From the NCBI GenBank assembly GCA_025210235.1, contig JAOASG010000034.1:63922-127921 (forward strand): DNA of 64,000 nt, read 5' to 3'. Positions within the stretch are counted from its first letter, which is position 1. Every line of letters starts with the position of its first letter. Below the pieces are notes generated by a model. It searched no databases and was not told the DNA's origin. It was given only the letters and a program-made list of their open reading frames with translations. The translations under genes were made by a program, and so were the position numbers. This document shows positions 52,290-62,986 of this stretch, piece after piece. This DNA comes from Vallitalea sp. GTDB taxonomy: Bacteria; Bacillota; Clostridia; Lachnospirales; Vallitaleaceae.

Positions 52290-53627
52290 ATGTTAAAACG
52301 AAAACTTTCAATTATACTAATATTAATATTAGCAATAGGAATAGTAGGATGTGATAAAATACAAACTAGTGAACAATGGTATGAAAAAAATACTTATGAA
52401 ATTAAATCTTTAGATTCTGATGATTATAGTGACTTAGAATTTTTAAAACCATTGTTAAAAAACAAAAGAGTAGTTTCTTTAGGGGAAAATTTTCATAGAG
52501 TTTCAGAATATAGAACAATAAAAACTAAGATAATTAAGTATCTACATGAAGAACTAGGATATGATGCAATAGGATTTGAATCAGGTCTTGGTGAATGCGC
52601 AATGGTAATGAATAACAATGAGTTAACACCTAGACAAATGATGGAAAACAGTACTTTACCAGTATGGCATTCAGAAGAAACACTTAAATTATTTGACTAC
52701 ATAAAAGAGCAAAAAGAAACAGAACAACCTTTAGAACTTTTTGGATACGATATGCAATTTACATCAATGTATTTTATTGATTATATGACACAATGGCTAG
52801 CAAAAGTAGATGAAAAAAAAGCTGAAGAATATAGTCAAATGGAAATTGGTTTTCTTCAAAGCTATTATACTCTTTTGAATAAATATGGATTTGAAACAGT
52901 TGGACATATAAATGAGTATCAGAAAATTATTGATAAATATCAGAAGCCCTATAATGAACTAATCAAATATATAAAAGATAATAGAAACGCACTAGAAAAC
53001 GTTTATCCAGAAAATAAAAATTTAGTAGATTGCGCTATTAGAACACTTGATAAACGTATGACTATAGTCAAAATGAGCATGGTTAATACTGTAGAAAGTT
53101 ATAATCTAAGAGATGTAATTATGGCTGAAAATGTAGAGTGGTATTTAACAGTTAATCCAGACAAAAAAATTATTTTATGGGCACATAATGATCACTTAAC
53201 TAGGAATACATCAAAAATGCTTACTCTTGAAAAAGATGAATGGGTTAATAGTTTCAAGAGTATGGGAGAAATATTAAGTGAAAATCTAGAAGATGATATT
53301 TATGTTCTAGGATTTTACATGAAAAGTGGTAGGGCAACTAGTATTAATACTGTAAAAGATTTTGAAATACCAGAAGTACCAGAAGGTAGTTTAGAGGAAA
53401 TTATTAATAGAAGTGGTTATGAAAATACTTTTGTTGATTTATCTAAACACACAAAAGAAAATAAATTTAATAAGTGGATGTTTTCTAAACAATATGCCAG
53501 TGAAGATGGGTTATCATATGAAACTATAAGAACAAATGCAATGCAATTTATACCAAAAGAACAATATGATGGAATAATAGTATTAAAGCAAGTATCATCA
53601 CCAATATTATTACAACAAGATAAATAA
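52290..53627 (+). CDS. erythromycin esterase family lipoprotein (Ere/ChaN-like)
   Basis: 445 aa with a lipobox (IVGC) and a W.HN.HL-like motif (ILWAHNDHLTRN). Confidence 0.5.
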   Translation: MLKRKLSIILILILAIGIVGCDKIQTSEQWYEKNTYEIKSLDSDDYSDLEFLKPLLKNKRVVSLGENFHRVSEYRTIKTKIIKYLHEELGYDAIGFESGLGECAMVMNNNELTPRQMMENSTLPVWHSEETLKLFDYIKEQKETEQPLELFGYDMQFTSMYFIDYMTQWLAKVDEKKAEEYSQMEIGFLQSYYTLLNKYGFETVGHINEYQKIIDKYQKPYNELIKYIKDNRNALENVYPENKNLVDCAIRTLDKRMTIVKMSMVNTVESYNLRDVIMAENVEWYLTVNPDKKIILWAHNDHLTRNTSKMLTLEKDEWVNSFKSMGEILSENLEDDIYVLGFYMKSGRATSINTVKDFEIPEVPEGSLEEIINRSGYENTFVDLSKHTKENKFNKWMFSKQYASEDGLSYETIRTNAMQFIPKEQYDGIIVLKQVSSPILLQQDK

Positions 53628-53759
53628 ATGACAAATGAATAATTATAAAGGAAAAAAACAATAATAATATTCTATAAATAGTATAAACATAATTTCTTAG
53701 GTAATATTAGGTAAAGTACTCCAATAAAATATACTAATACAATAATAAGATGTGATAAG

Positions 53760-54308
53760 ATGAAGTGTAATAATAAGTTATTAATATCAGAGTTTGTTGG
53801 AATTATTATTATAATAGCATTAGGTTTTCTTTTCCATGAGCTTTATGAAATAAGTGGTAATAATACTATTGTGGGTTTATTTGCTCCTGTTAATGAAAGC
53901 AAATGGGAGCATTGGAAGATTGCTTTTTTTCCTGCATTAATATATAGCATTATAGAATATCCATTTGTAAAAGATGATGCTAATAATTTTATTTTTTCAA
54001 AGGCTATCTCAATACTTACCTTCTTCCTTGTTACATTTGGATTAATAGAATTGTATGAATTGTGCATTGGGGAAAGTGAATTTTGTTTACATATTACTAC
54101 ATTCATTTTAGGAGCTATAATATCACAAATAGTTAGTTATTTGCTAATAACAAAAACAAAAGAGAATAGAAACTTAAGAAGTATAGGTATACTAATACTT
54201 TCAGTTCTATTCTTTATTTTTATTATCTTTACTATAAAACCTCCAAAGATAGAATACTTTAAAGATCCAATAGATGGAACATATGGAATTAAAAATACTT
54301 ATTCTTAA
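53760..54308 (+). CDS. membrane protein (5 TM)
   Basis: 182-aa hydrophobic ORF. Confidence 0.45.
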   Translation: MKCNNKLLISEFVGIIIIIALGFLFHELYEISGNNTIVGLFAPVNESKWEHWKIAFFPALIYSIIEYPFVKDDANNFIFSKAISILTFFLVTFGLIELYELCIGESEFCLHITTFILGAIISQIVSYLLITKTKENRNLRSIGILILSVLFFIFIIFTIKPPKIEYFKDPIDGTYGIKNTYS

Positions 54309-54415
54309 TCTAATAATAAGCAATAGTAATTTGACTTTTTTGTAGCAAGATGTTAAATTAAAAATAATAAAATAATACGAAGTAAAAACAATATTATGGT
54401 TGAGAAGGGTGACGT

Positions 54416-55453
54416 ATGGGAAATATTACAATTAGAGATATAGCTATGAGAGCAAATGTATCATCCACGACAGTTTCTCGTGTATTAAACAATTCAGGTT
54501 ATGTCAAAGATACAACTAAAAAGAAAATATTAAATGCAATAAAAGAGTTGAATTATGTTCCTAACGCCGTAGCAAGAAGCTTATCTATTAATAAAACAAA
54601 TATTATAGGGGTTATGGTTCCTGATTTAAATAACCCATTCTTTACTGAGGTTGTTCAAGGTATAAGTAATGTTGCAGATGAAAATGATTTAAACATTATT
54701 TTATGCGATTCTAATGAAAATTTCCTAGAAAAAGAGATAAAATATTTAAAGATGTTGAAGGAACAAAGGATAAGAGGCTTAATTATTACCCCCACATCTG
54801 AAGAAAATAAGTACAATAGCATGTATTTAAGTCTTCTAGAAGATTTAGGTATACCTATTGTATTAGTTGACAGAGATGTAAAGCACTCTTCTTTTGATGG
54901 AGTTTTTATTGATAATGTTAAAGGGGCTCATGAGGGAACAGAAGCTTTGATTAAATCAGGACATAAATATATAGCTATTATCGCAGGACCTAATACTTCA
55001 AAACCTGGTAGAGATAGATTGGTAGGTTATAAAAAAGCTTTAAATAGTTACGATATTCCTATCAAAGATAAGTATATAATGCATGGTAATTTCAAGTTAC
55101 AAAGCGGATATGAATTAACAATGAAACTGATGGAAATGGAAGTACCACCAACTGCAATATTTTCCTCTAATAACTTGATGACATTAGGGTGCGTGAAAGC
55201 TTTAAGAAGATTGAATCTTAAAATACCAGAGGATATAGCTCTAATAGGATTTGATGAAATAGAAATCTTTAATATTTTAGATTTGAATATAAGTGTTATA
55301 TCAAGGCCTACACATGAAATGGGTAAATTGGCAATGAAAATTTTATTGGAGAAAATCAATAAAGAGTCTAGCGATGATTCCCCAACTAAAAGATTAATTT
55401 TATCACCAAAACTATTATTAAAAGGGTCTGAAAAATATAATTTCAAGGGTTGA
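54416..55453 (+). CDS. LacI family transcriptional regulator
   Basis: 345 aa with an N-terminal HTH (ITIRDIAMRANVSSTTVSRVLNN) and a periplasmic-binding-fold effector domain. Confidence 0.85.
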   Translation: MGNITIRDIAMRANVSSTTVSRVLNNSGYVKDTTKKKILNAIKELNYVPNAVARSLSINKTNIIGVMVPDLNNPFFTEVVQGISNVADENDLNIILCDSNENFLEKEIKYLKMLKEQRIRGLIITPTSEENKYNSMYLSLLEDLGIPIVLVDRDVKHSSFDGVFIDNVKGAHEGTEALIKSGHKYIAIIAGPNTSKPGRDRLVGYKKALNSYDIPIKDKYIMHGNFKLQSGYELTMKLMEMEVPPTAIFSSNNLMTLGCVKALRRLNLKIPEDIALIGFDEIEIFNILDLNISVISRPTHEMGKLAMKILLEKINKESSDDSPTKRLILSPKLLLKGSEKYNFKG

Positions 55454-55606
55454 AGGTTTTGGAAGAAATGCTATATATACTAGTAAAAAAAGTAATAACA
55501 TAGGATGTTTTTTATAAAAATAGACTTTACAACTATGTTTTATGACGAAATTGACGAATAAATATAGAAAATAAGTAAAAAAAATGTAAAAAAAGCGCAA
55601 AAACTA

Positions 55607-55635
55607 TTGACATATTAAAAATGATGTAATAGAAT
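55607..55635 (+). promoter_or_regulatory. sigma-A promoter for the ribokinase/ABC operon (TTGACA-17-TAGAAT)
   Basis: TTGACA at 55607-55612 and TAGAAT at 55630-55635. Confidence 0.5.
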
Positions 55636-55650
55636 AAAGACAGGAAAACA

Positions 55651-55664
55651 TGGAACCGATAACA
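55651..55664. promoter_or_regulatory. LacI-family/cre-like operator TGGAACCGATAACA
   Basis: 14-bp pseudo-palindrome with a CG centre matching TGWAANCGNTNWCA. It lies immediately downstream of the -10 element. Confidence 0.5.
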
Positions 55665-55735
55665 TATAATGCATAATTAATTAAATATTAATCCAATAAA
55701 TTCCAAGGTTTTATAAATTTTTTTTAACTTAATTA

Positions 55736-55749
55736 TGGTATCGGTTACA
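55736..55749. promoter_or_regulatory. second cre-like operator TGGTATCGGTTACA overlapping the rbsK RBS region
   Basis: Partner of the first site. Its core AACCGATA/TATCGGTT is an 8-bp inverted repeat, and the two sites lie 85 bp apart. Confidence 0.45.
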
Positions 55750-55766
55750 CATAAGGAGGTTTTTTA

Positions 55767-56693
55767 ATGATAAAACCAAAAGTAGCTGTTATGGGTAGTT
55801 TTGTTGTAGATTTAATGGCAAGAACTCCTCACTTGCCTGTAGTTGGAGAAACAGTAAAAGGTTCTTTGTTTAAAATGGGACCAGGAGGGAAAGGCTCTAA
55901 TCAAGGTGTATCAGCTCAAAGATCAGGGTCTGATGTTACTATGATTACTAAAATAGGGCAAGATGTCTTTGGAGATATAGCTTGTAATAATTTTTTAAAA
56001 GAAAAAATGAATTTAACATACGTATTTAGAGACGAAGAAAAAGAAACAGGCACAGCTTTGATTATGGTTGATGAAAACACTAGCGATAATAAAATATTGG
56101 TTACTTTAGGAGCATGTGGTAATTTAACAAAAGAAAATATTGAAAAGACTAAAGAGGTTATTGAATCCTCAGATGTTTTTTTAACACAACTTGAAACAAA
56201 TATGGATGCGGTTACACAAGCTATCGACATAGCTTATAATAAGGACATACCTGTAATATTAAATCCAGCACCAATACAAGAGATTCCAGATGGACTTTTA
56301 AAAAAAGTTTATATCTTAACACCTAATGAAACAGAAGCTGCTGCTTTAACAGGCATAAAAGTTGAGACGTTAGAGGATGCAAAGGAATCTGCTAAAATTT
56401 TGAAAAGAAAAGGTGCCCACAATGTTATTATTACAATGGGAAGTAAAGGGGCTTTAATTGCTACAAAAGATTCTGAAATATGGGTGGAGAGTTTAAAAGT
56501 TAATGCTATAGATACTACAGGAGCAGGAGATGCTTTTAATGGTGCTTTAGCAACTGCTTTAGCAGAAGGTAAGAATATTGAACAAGCAGCTATTTTTGCT
56601 AATGCAGCAGCAGCAATATCCGTTACTAGAATGGGGACGGCAGTATCAATGGCTTATAAAGATGAAATTGAAACATTATTAAATACTAAATAA
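55767..56693 (+). CDS. rbsK: ribokinase (or deoxyribokinase), PfkB family
   Basis: 308 aa with a GG dipeptide and the GAGDAFNGALA anion-hole motif. Confidence 0.85.
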   Translation: MIKPKVAVMGSFVVDLMARTPHLPVVGETVKGSLFKMGPGGKGSNQGVSAQRSGSDVTMITKIGQDVFGDIACNNFLKEKMNLTYVFRDEEKETGTALIMVDENTSDNKILVTLGACGNLTKENIEKTKEVIESSDVFLTQLETNMDAVTQAIDIAYNKDIPVILNPAPIQEIPDGLLKKVYILTPNETEAAALTGIKVETLEDAKESAKILKRKGAHNVIITMGSKGALIATKDSEIWVESLKVNAIDTTGAGDAFNGALATALAEGKNIEQAAIFANAAAAISVTRMGTAVSMAYKDEIETLLNTK

Positions 56694-56717
56694 GGTAAGA
56701 CTTTAAGGAGGAAAACA

Positions 56718-57755
56718 ATGGGTTCAATTAAATTAAAAAACATAAAAAAATCATTTGGGAAAGATGTAATTATACCTGATTTGAATTTAACTATTGATGA
56801 TGGTTCATTTACAGTTTTAGTTGGTCCATCTGGGTGTGGTAAATCAACCACATTAAGAATGATAGCAGGACTTGAGACTCCTACTTCAGGAAATATATAT
56901 ATTGATGATAAAGATGTTGTTGAAACACCTCCAGGAAAAAGAGGTATAGCAATGGTTTTCCAAAATTATGCACTATACCCTACTATGACAGTTAGAAAAA
57001 ACATTGAGTTCGGTCTAGTGAATAAAAAAGTTCCAAAGTCAGAACGAGATAAAACAATAGGTGAAATAAGCGAAATTGTAGGGCTTGAGAAATATCTTGA
57101 TAGAAAGCCTTCATCATTATCAGGGGGGCAGAGACAAAGAGTTGCTTTGGCAAGGGCTATGGTAAAAAAACCAAAAGTATTTCTAATGGATGAACCTCTT
57201 TCTAACCTTGATGCTAAATTAAGAGCACAGATGAGAGTAGAATTAATTCAGTTGCATAAAAAACTAGGAACAACATTTGTATATGTAACCCATGATCAAG
57301 TAGAGGCAATGTCTATGGGAGATAATATTGTTTTAATGAATAAAGGAGTTATTATGCAAAGATCAACTCCTAAGGAAATGTACCATAATCCTCAGAATGT
57401 ATTTACATCACAATTTATAGGAACACCTCCAATGAATGTTTTTGATGGTGTGTTGACTAATGATTATAAAATTGGATTTAGACCTGAGAAAATAGAATTC
57501 TTTCCACAAGACAAAGATGAGATGTTCTTAATAAAAGGTAGAGTAATTACAAAAGAACAATTAGGTTCTGAAGTTATATATTCGATTGATACAAAATACG
57601 GAATGGTAATGGTAAAAAAGGCTGATGATATAGAAGAAGAGAATATTATACTAGGAATTAAATATAAAAATATATTTATGTTTGATGAACAATCACAACG
57701 TACAGTTTTAAGTGATAAAATAAAAAAAGAACTTGCAAATATGTATCATAAATAA
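56718..57755 (+). CDS. ABC transporter ATP-binding protein (MsmK/UgpC-like, with C-terminal TOBE domain)
   Basis: 345 aa with Walker A (GPSGCGKST), an LSGGQRQR signature motif and Walker B. Confidence 0.85.
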   Translation: MGSIKLKNIKKSFGKDVIIPDLNLTIDDGSFTVLVGPSGCGKSTTLRMIAGLETPTSGNIYIDDKDVVETPPGKRGIAMVFQNYALYPTMTVRKNIEFGLVNKKVPKSERDKTIGEISEIVGLEKYLDRKPSSLSGGQRQRVALARAMVKKPKVFLMDEPLSNLDAKLRAQMRVELIQLHKKLGTTFVYVTHDQVEAMSMGDNIVLMNKGVIMQRSTPKEMYHNPQNVFTSQFIGTPPMNVFDGVLTNDYKIGFRPEKIEFFPQDKDEMFLIKGRVITKEQLGSEVIYSIDTKYGMVMVKKADDIEEENIILGIKYKNIFMFDEQSQRTVLSDKIKKELANMYHK

Positions 57756-57767
57756 GGAGGAGTACAA

Positions 57768-58676
57768 ATGGCATCCATTGAAAAACAAAAGGATAGACAA
57801 TCATTTCGTACTAGTATAAAAGGTTATTTATTAGTTGCTCCTGCAATTATACTTTTATGTATATTTACTGTATATCCTATATTTTATTTAATTCATGCTA
57901 GTATGTTAAAAGGCAGTATTATAAGTGCTAAAAAGAAGTTTGTAGGTCTTGATAACTATAAGTATCTCTTTTCTTCACCCGATTTTGGAAAAGTAGTCAT
58001 TAATACAGTTTTATATAGTTTTATACTAGTTGCTGTTGTAATGGTTCTTGCAGTTTTAGTTGCTGTATGGATTAATTCAAATAAAAATAGTAAAATCAAC
58101 CAGCTTACACAAGCAGCTATATTTACACCACATATTACATCTTTAGTTGCAGTTTCAATGGTATTTATGTGGTTAATGGACCCTCAGATAGGATTTATAA
58201 ATTCTATTTTAACTAGTATTGGTTTACCAAGGTTTTCTTTTTTAGCTAGTCCTAAAACAGCATTAATATCACTAGTATTAGTAATGGTATGGAAGACAAC
58301 AGGATATTTTACACTACTAATATTAGCTGCACTTAATACAATTCCAAAAAGTATTTATGAAGCAGCTGAATTGGATGATACACCAAAGTATAGAGTACTT
58401 TTAAGGATAACAATTCCAATGATATCACCTACTTTATTCTTTACTACTATTATTGCTACAATAGGATCATTTAGAGTATTTGAGACAGTTAACTTAATGA
58501 CACAAGGTGGACCTGTAAATTCAACAAATACATTAGTGTATTACATATACGAATATGCATTTAAATATGCTAAGCTTGGAAGAGCTTCTGCGGCGGGTGT
58601 AGTTTTACTATTATTTGTTGGGATTTTAACATTTGTATATTTTAAATGCTTGAGTAAAAAAGTACATTATAAATAA
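57768..58676 (+). CDS. sugar ABC transporter permease
   Basis: 302 aa, 6 TM, BPD_transp_1 family. Confidence 0.75.
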   Translation: MASIEKQKDRQSFRTSIKGYLLVAPAIILLCIFTVYPIFYLIHASMLKGSIISAKKKFVGLDNYKYLFSSPDFGKVVINTVLYSFILVAVVMVLAVLVAVWINSNKNSKINQLTQAAIFTPHITSLVAVSMVFMWLMDPQIGFINSILTSIGLPRFSFLASPKTALISLVLVMVWKTTGYFTLLILAALNTIPKSIYEAAELDDTPKYRVLLRITIPMISPTLFFTTIIATIGSFRVFETVNLMTQGGPVNSTNTLVYYIYEYAFKYAKLGRASAAGVVLLLFVGILTFVYFKCLSKKVHYK

Positions 58677-58691
58677 GAGGGGGGTAAGAAA

Positions 58692-59531
58692 GTGAATAGT
58701 AATAAAAAATTAATCAATTATATTTCTAACGGATTACAAAATTTAGTAAAACTATTAATTGTAGTAATTATGGCTTTTCCATTCTATTGGATGGTTGTTA
58801 CGTCATTAAAAACTATTCAAGAGACTAAGGTGTTTCCTCCTACATTGTGGCCTAAAATTATTCAATGGGAGAACTATGCACAAGTATGGAAATCAATACC
58901 ATTTGGGTTATATACCAAAAACTCGCTAATTGTTAGTTTATCTGTATTGATATTACAATTCTTAGTTATTATACCAGCGGCATATGCTTTTGCAAGATAT
59001 AAGTTTAAAGGGAAAAATGTTTTATTTGGTATAGTTTTAATGGGATTTATGATTCCACAACAAGTAACATTTATTCCAATTTATATGATGTTTAGTAAAT
59101 TGAAATTATTTTCTACATATATTCCTCTTGTTGCACCTTTTATTGCTAATGCGTTTGGAATATTCTTATTACGACAATATTTTATGAAAGTTCCTGAGGA
59201 AATAATAGAGGCTGCTAGACTTGATGATGCTGGAGAACTAAAAATTATTTGGAGAATAATGATGCCAATGGCTAAACCTGCAATCGTTACAATTGGTTTA
59301 TTAAGTTTCATTGCTACTTGGAACTCATACTTCTGGCCACTTGTTATGACTACAAGAGATGAATTTAGGACTCTTCCAATTGGTGTTACCATGATGAGTG
59401 GACTAGAGGGAGAGACTATGTGGAACTTTGTTATGGGAGCCAATGTAATACTTATTGCACCAGTTCTTATTATATACTTGTTAGCTAGTAAACAAATTAG
59501 AAAAGCTTTTGTGTATTCAGGAATAAAATAG
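58692..59531 (+). CDS. sugar ABC transporter permease
   Basis: 279 aa, 6 TM, with an EAA loop (…EAARLDDAGELKIIWRIMMP…). Confidence 0.75.
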   Translation: MNSNKKLINYISNGLQNLVKLLIVVIMAFPFYWMVVTSLKTIQETKVFPPTLWPKIIQWENYAQVWKSIPFGLYTKNSLIVSLSVLILQFLVIIPAAYAFARYKFKGKNVLFGIVLMGFMIPQQVTFIPIYMMFSKLKLFSTYIPLVAPFIANAFGIFLLRQYFMKVPEEIIEAARLDDAGELKIIWRIMMPMAKPAIVTIGLLSFIATWNSYFWPLVMTTRDEFRTLPIGVTMMSGLEGETMWNFVMGANVILIAPVLIIYLLASKQIRKAFVYSGIK

Positions 59532-59562
59532 TTTACAAGATCAATGAATAATTTAAAAGGAA

Positions 59563-60861
59563 GTGAAAAAGTTGAGTAAAAAACTTATAGTTTTATCAGT
59601 TGATTCATTATTTCATGAGGAAATAGAGTATATCAGAACACTACCCAATCTTAAGATGCTTTTTGAAAAAGGTTCTTATGCAGAGGGAATGCGTACTATA
59701 TATCCATCACTTACATATCCAGCTCATGCATCAATAATAACAGGTGTAAATCCAAAATTTCATGGTATATGTCACAATGAAAAAGTGGAAGTAGGAAATG
59801 ACCATCCAGATTGGTATTGGTACCATAAAGATATTAAGGTAGACACTTTAATTGATGTAGCAAAGAAAAATGGGTTATCTACGAGTGTTGTCCTATGGCC
59901 TGTTATGGGAGGATGTAAGAATGTTGATTATTTAATGACAGAAATATGGGCAGAAAAACCTGATGATGACCCAAGACCAGTATTTGAAAATAGTTCATCA
60001 AAGATATTAATGGATACTATTTTTGAAAAACATAGACATCACCTTAGATGGAAAACACAGCCTTATTTAGACGAATTTGGAATTTGTTGTTCAGAAGATA
60101 TTATAAAAACTTATAAACCAGATGTTATGTTTATACATCTTGCTCATTTAGATCATACAAGACATGCACATGGTTTACATAATGAACAGGTAAATAAAGC
60201 TTTAGAAGATAATGATAAGTGGTTTGGAAGAATAGTACAAGCTACAAAAGATGCAGGTGTATTTGAAGATACTAATTTTGTTGTATTGGGTGATCATGGA
60301 CATTTAGAAGTTAATCAAGTTATTTGTCCAAATATAATTTTTGCAGAAAATGATTTAATTAAACTAGATGAAGAAGGAAATGTCATTTCCTATGATGCTT
60401 ATTGTCATTCAGCATCTTTATCATCTCAAGTTGTTTTAAAAGATCCAACAAATAAAGAGGTTAAAGAGAAGGTTTTTCGTTTGTTAGAAGAAATGCAAAG
60501 ACGACCAGAGTTGGGAATTGAGCAGATAATTACTAAAGAAGAAGCTGATAAGAAGTATCAGGTTACAGGACCTTTTGACTATATTTTAGAAGGAACTAAT
60601 GGTACGTCATTTCATAACCAATGTACAGGGGAGGTGATTAGGAAACCGGATAATAGTGATTATAAGTTCTCTAAAGCATCACATGGACATCTTCCACATA
60701 AAGGGGCTCAACCAGCTTTTATAGCTTGTGGACCTAGAATCAAAGAAGGAATAGTGGTAGGACTACATAGTGTTTTAGATGAAGCTCCAACATTTGCAGA
60801 AATTTTAGGTATTACTATGAATGATGTTCAAGGAAAAGCTATCAAAGAAATTATCAAATAA
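59563..60861 (+). CDS. alkaline-phosphatase-superfamily nucleotide pyrophosphatase/phosphodiesterase (type I phosphodiesterase family)
   Basis: 432 aa with GTG start. Pattern (…SLTYPAHASIITG…GDHGH…) of the AlkP-like metal-dependent phosphodiesterase family. Confidence 0.6.
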   Translation: MKKLSKKLIVLSVDSLFHEEIEYIRTLPNLKMLFEKGSYAEGMRTIYPSLTYPAHASIITGVNPKFHGICHNEKVEVGNDHPDWYWYHKDIKVDTLIDVAKKNGLSTSVVLWPVMGGCKNVDYLMTEIWAEKPDDDPRPVFENSSSKILMDTIFEKHRHHLRWKTQPYLDEFGICCSEDIIKTYKPDVMFIHLAHLDHTRHAHGLHNEQVNKALEDNDKWFGRIVQATKDAGVFEDTNFVVLGDHGHLEVNQVICPNIIFAENDLIKLDEEGNVISYDAYCHSASLSSQVVLKDPTNKEVKEKVFRLLEEMQRRPELGIEQIITKEEADKKYQVTGPFDYILEGTNGTSFHNQCTGEVIRKPDNSDYKFSKASHGHLPHKGAQPAFIACGPRIKEGIVVGLHSVLDEAPTFAEILGITMNDVQGKAIKEIIK

Positions 60862-60876
60862 AAGGAGAAGATAATT

Positions 60877-62205
60877 ATGAGAAAAGCAAAAATATTATTT
60901 ATAGCGGTAATGGTTATTTCATTATTGGTAGGTTGTTCAGGTGGTAATAAAAAAGATAGTTCAAATAACTCAACAAATAATAATAATAAAGAAAATCAAC
61001 AGACAGTTAAAAAAGATCCAGTAACAGTAAAATTTTGGTCTAGCATGAGAGGTGGTATGGGAGAAGTACAACAATCTATCATTGATGATTTCAATAATAG
61101 TCAAGATGAAGTGATTGTAGAAGTATTATTCCAAGGAAACTATTATGATATGGGTGCCAAACTTCAAGCAGCAGTTGCGTCAGGAGATGTACCTCATATA
61201 GCTCAATTAGAAATGTCAAGGATTAAATTGTTTGATGAAGCCGGTGCTTTAGCAGATATGAAACCATATATTAATAAAAATAATATTGATCTTAATGATT
61301 TTGTTGAAGGACTTATGTCATTCTCTTATGTTGATGATAGGATTGTTTCTTTACCATTTAATAGAAGTACTCCATTATTCTATTATAACAAAGATCAATT
61401 CAAAGAAGTAGGATTAGATCCAGAAAATCCTCCTAAAACTTGGGATGAATTAAAAGAATTTGCAAAAAAACTTTCTATCCCAGAAAAAAGATGGGGATAT
61501 TCAGTACCAATTGATACATGGTTCTATGAAGGAATGATTATGCAAAATGATGGTAGGATTTTTAATGAAGATGAAACAGGTATTGGTTTCGATAATGAAA
61601 TAGGAACAAAGCCTTTATATTTTTGGAAAGATATGATAAAAGATGGTTCTATGAAAATACCACCAGGTAAAGAGTACAATTCATTTGAGGTTGCAAGAAA
61701 TGATTTTGCAGCTGGAATCGTATCTATGATTTCTGATAGTACAGGAGCTTTAAGATTACATCAAGATACATGCGAATTTGAAGTAGGAACTGCGTTTTTA
61801 CCAAAAGACAGTAGATACGGTGTTCCTACAGGTGGAGCAAATGTTATTATGATGAGTGGACATCCTAAAGAAGAAGAAGAGGCTGCTTGGAAATTTGTAG
61901 AGTTTCTTACAAATACTGAAAATGTAGCTAAATGGGCAAAAGGTACAGGATATCTGCCAGCACGTAAATCTTCTATAGAAAGTGATGATTTTAAAAATTA
62001 TTTAAAAGAAAATCCAAATGCTCAAACAGCTATAGATCAACTTGAATATACAGATATACCTCGTCCATTTCATGATAAATTTACTGAAATTCACTTTGTA
62101 ACAATTATGGATGCTATTCAAAAATGTATTTTAGTAGATAATTATACTCCTGAACAAGCTGTAGCGGACATTGCAAAAGAAGCAAAAGAATTACTAAGCG
62201 AATAA
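60877..62205 (+). CDS. ABC transporter solute-binding lipoprotein
   Basis: 442 aa with a lipobox (LVGC) and the SBP_bac_1 pattern. Confidence 0.75.
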   Translation: MRKAKILFIAVMVISLLVGCSGGNKKDSSNNSTNNNNKENQQTVKKDPVTVKFWSSMRGGMGEVQQSIIDDFNNSQDEVIVEVLFQGNYYDMGAKLQAAVASGDVPHIAQLEMSRIKLFDEAGALADMKPYINKNNIDLNDFVEGLMSFSYVDDRIVSLPFNRSTPLFYYNKDQFKEVGLDPENPPKTWDELKEFAKKLSIPEKRWGYSVPIDTWFYEGMIMQNDGRIFNEDETGIGFDNEIGTKPLYFWKDMIKDGSMKIPPGKEYNSFEVARNDFAAGIVSMISDSTGALRLHQDTCEFEVGTAFLPKDSRYGVPTGGANVIMMSGHPKEEEEAAWKFVEFLTNTENVAKWAKGTGYLPARKSSIESDDFKNYLKENPNAQTAIDQLEYTDIPRPFHDKFTEIHFVTIMDAIQKCILVDNYTPEQAVADIAKEAKELLSE

Positions 62206-62238
62206 TATTTAAATAAATTATAATATTGTTACATAAAA

Positions 62239-62283
62239 GCGGAAGGCAATTAAACTTAGTACTATTATAAGTGACCCTTCCGC
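62239..62283 (+). terminator. stem-loop (GCGGAAGG … CCTTCCGC) after the SBP gene
   Basis: 8-bp GC-rich stem with a 29-nt loop. The downstream T-tract is weak. Confidence 0.4.
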
Positions 62284-62323
62284 ATATACTTATTAAAAAA
62301 ATATAATTTGGAGGATTAAGAAG

Positions 62324-62968
62324 ATGAATGTTCAATCAATAATAGATTATACATTATTAAAACCAGAGTCTAAAACAAGTGATATTAAGAAATTGTGTGA
62401 AGATGCGATGAAATATAAGTTTGCATCAGTTTGTGTTAACCCTACACATGTAAAGATGGTCGCAGATATTTTAAAAGATACAGATATTAATGTATGTACT
62501 GTAGTTGGTTTTCCTTTAGGAGCAAATACAACTAAAGTAAAGGTTTTTGAAACAGAGGATGCAATACAAAATGGAGCTGTAGAAATAGATATGGTACTTA
62601 ATATAGGTGCTATGAAAGAAAAAAATTATGGTTTAGTAGAATGTGATATAAAAGCAGTTGTTGATAAATGTAAAGAATACAAAGTTTTGTCTAAAGTCAT
62701 TTTAGAGAATTGTTTGCTAGAGAAAGAAGAAATAGTGAAGGCATGTGAAATATGTAAAAAAGCAGGAGCTGATTTTGTTAAAACCTCTACAAGTTTTAAT
62801 TCAGGTGGTGCTACAGTTGAAGATATTCGATTAATGAGAGAAACAGTAGGAGCTGAAATGGGTGTTAAAGCATCAGGTGGAGTAAGAGACCATAAAACAG
62901 CACTAGAGATAATTGGAGCAGGTGCCAGCCGTATTGGTGCATCTAGAAAATTATTACCAGAAGAGTAA
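62324..62968 (+). CDS. deoC: deoxyribose-phosphate aldolase
   Basis: 214-aa DeoC TIM barrel (…[10 protein letters not shown]…KASGGVR…). Confidence 0.88.
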   Translation: MNVQSIIDYTLLKPESKTSDIKKLCEDAMKYKFASVCVNPTHVKMVADILKDTDINVCTVVGFPLGANTTKVKVFETEDAIQNGAVEIDMVLNIGAMKEKNYGLVECDIKAVVDKCKEYKVLSKVILENCLLEKEEIVKACEICKKAGADFVKTSTSFNSGGATVEDIRLMRETVGAEMGVKASGGVRDHKTALEIIGAGASRIGASRKLLPEE

Positions 62969-62986
62969 TAGAAAGGATGAAAGCTT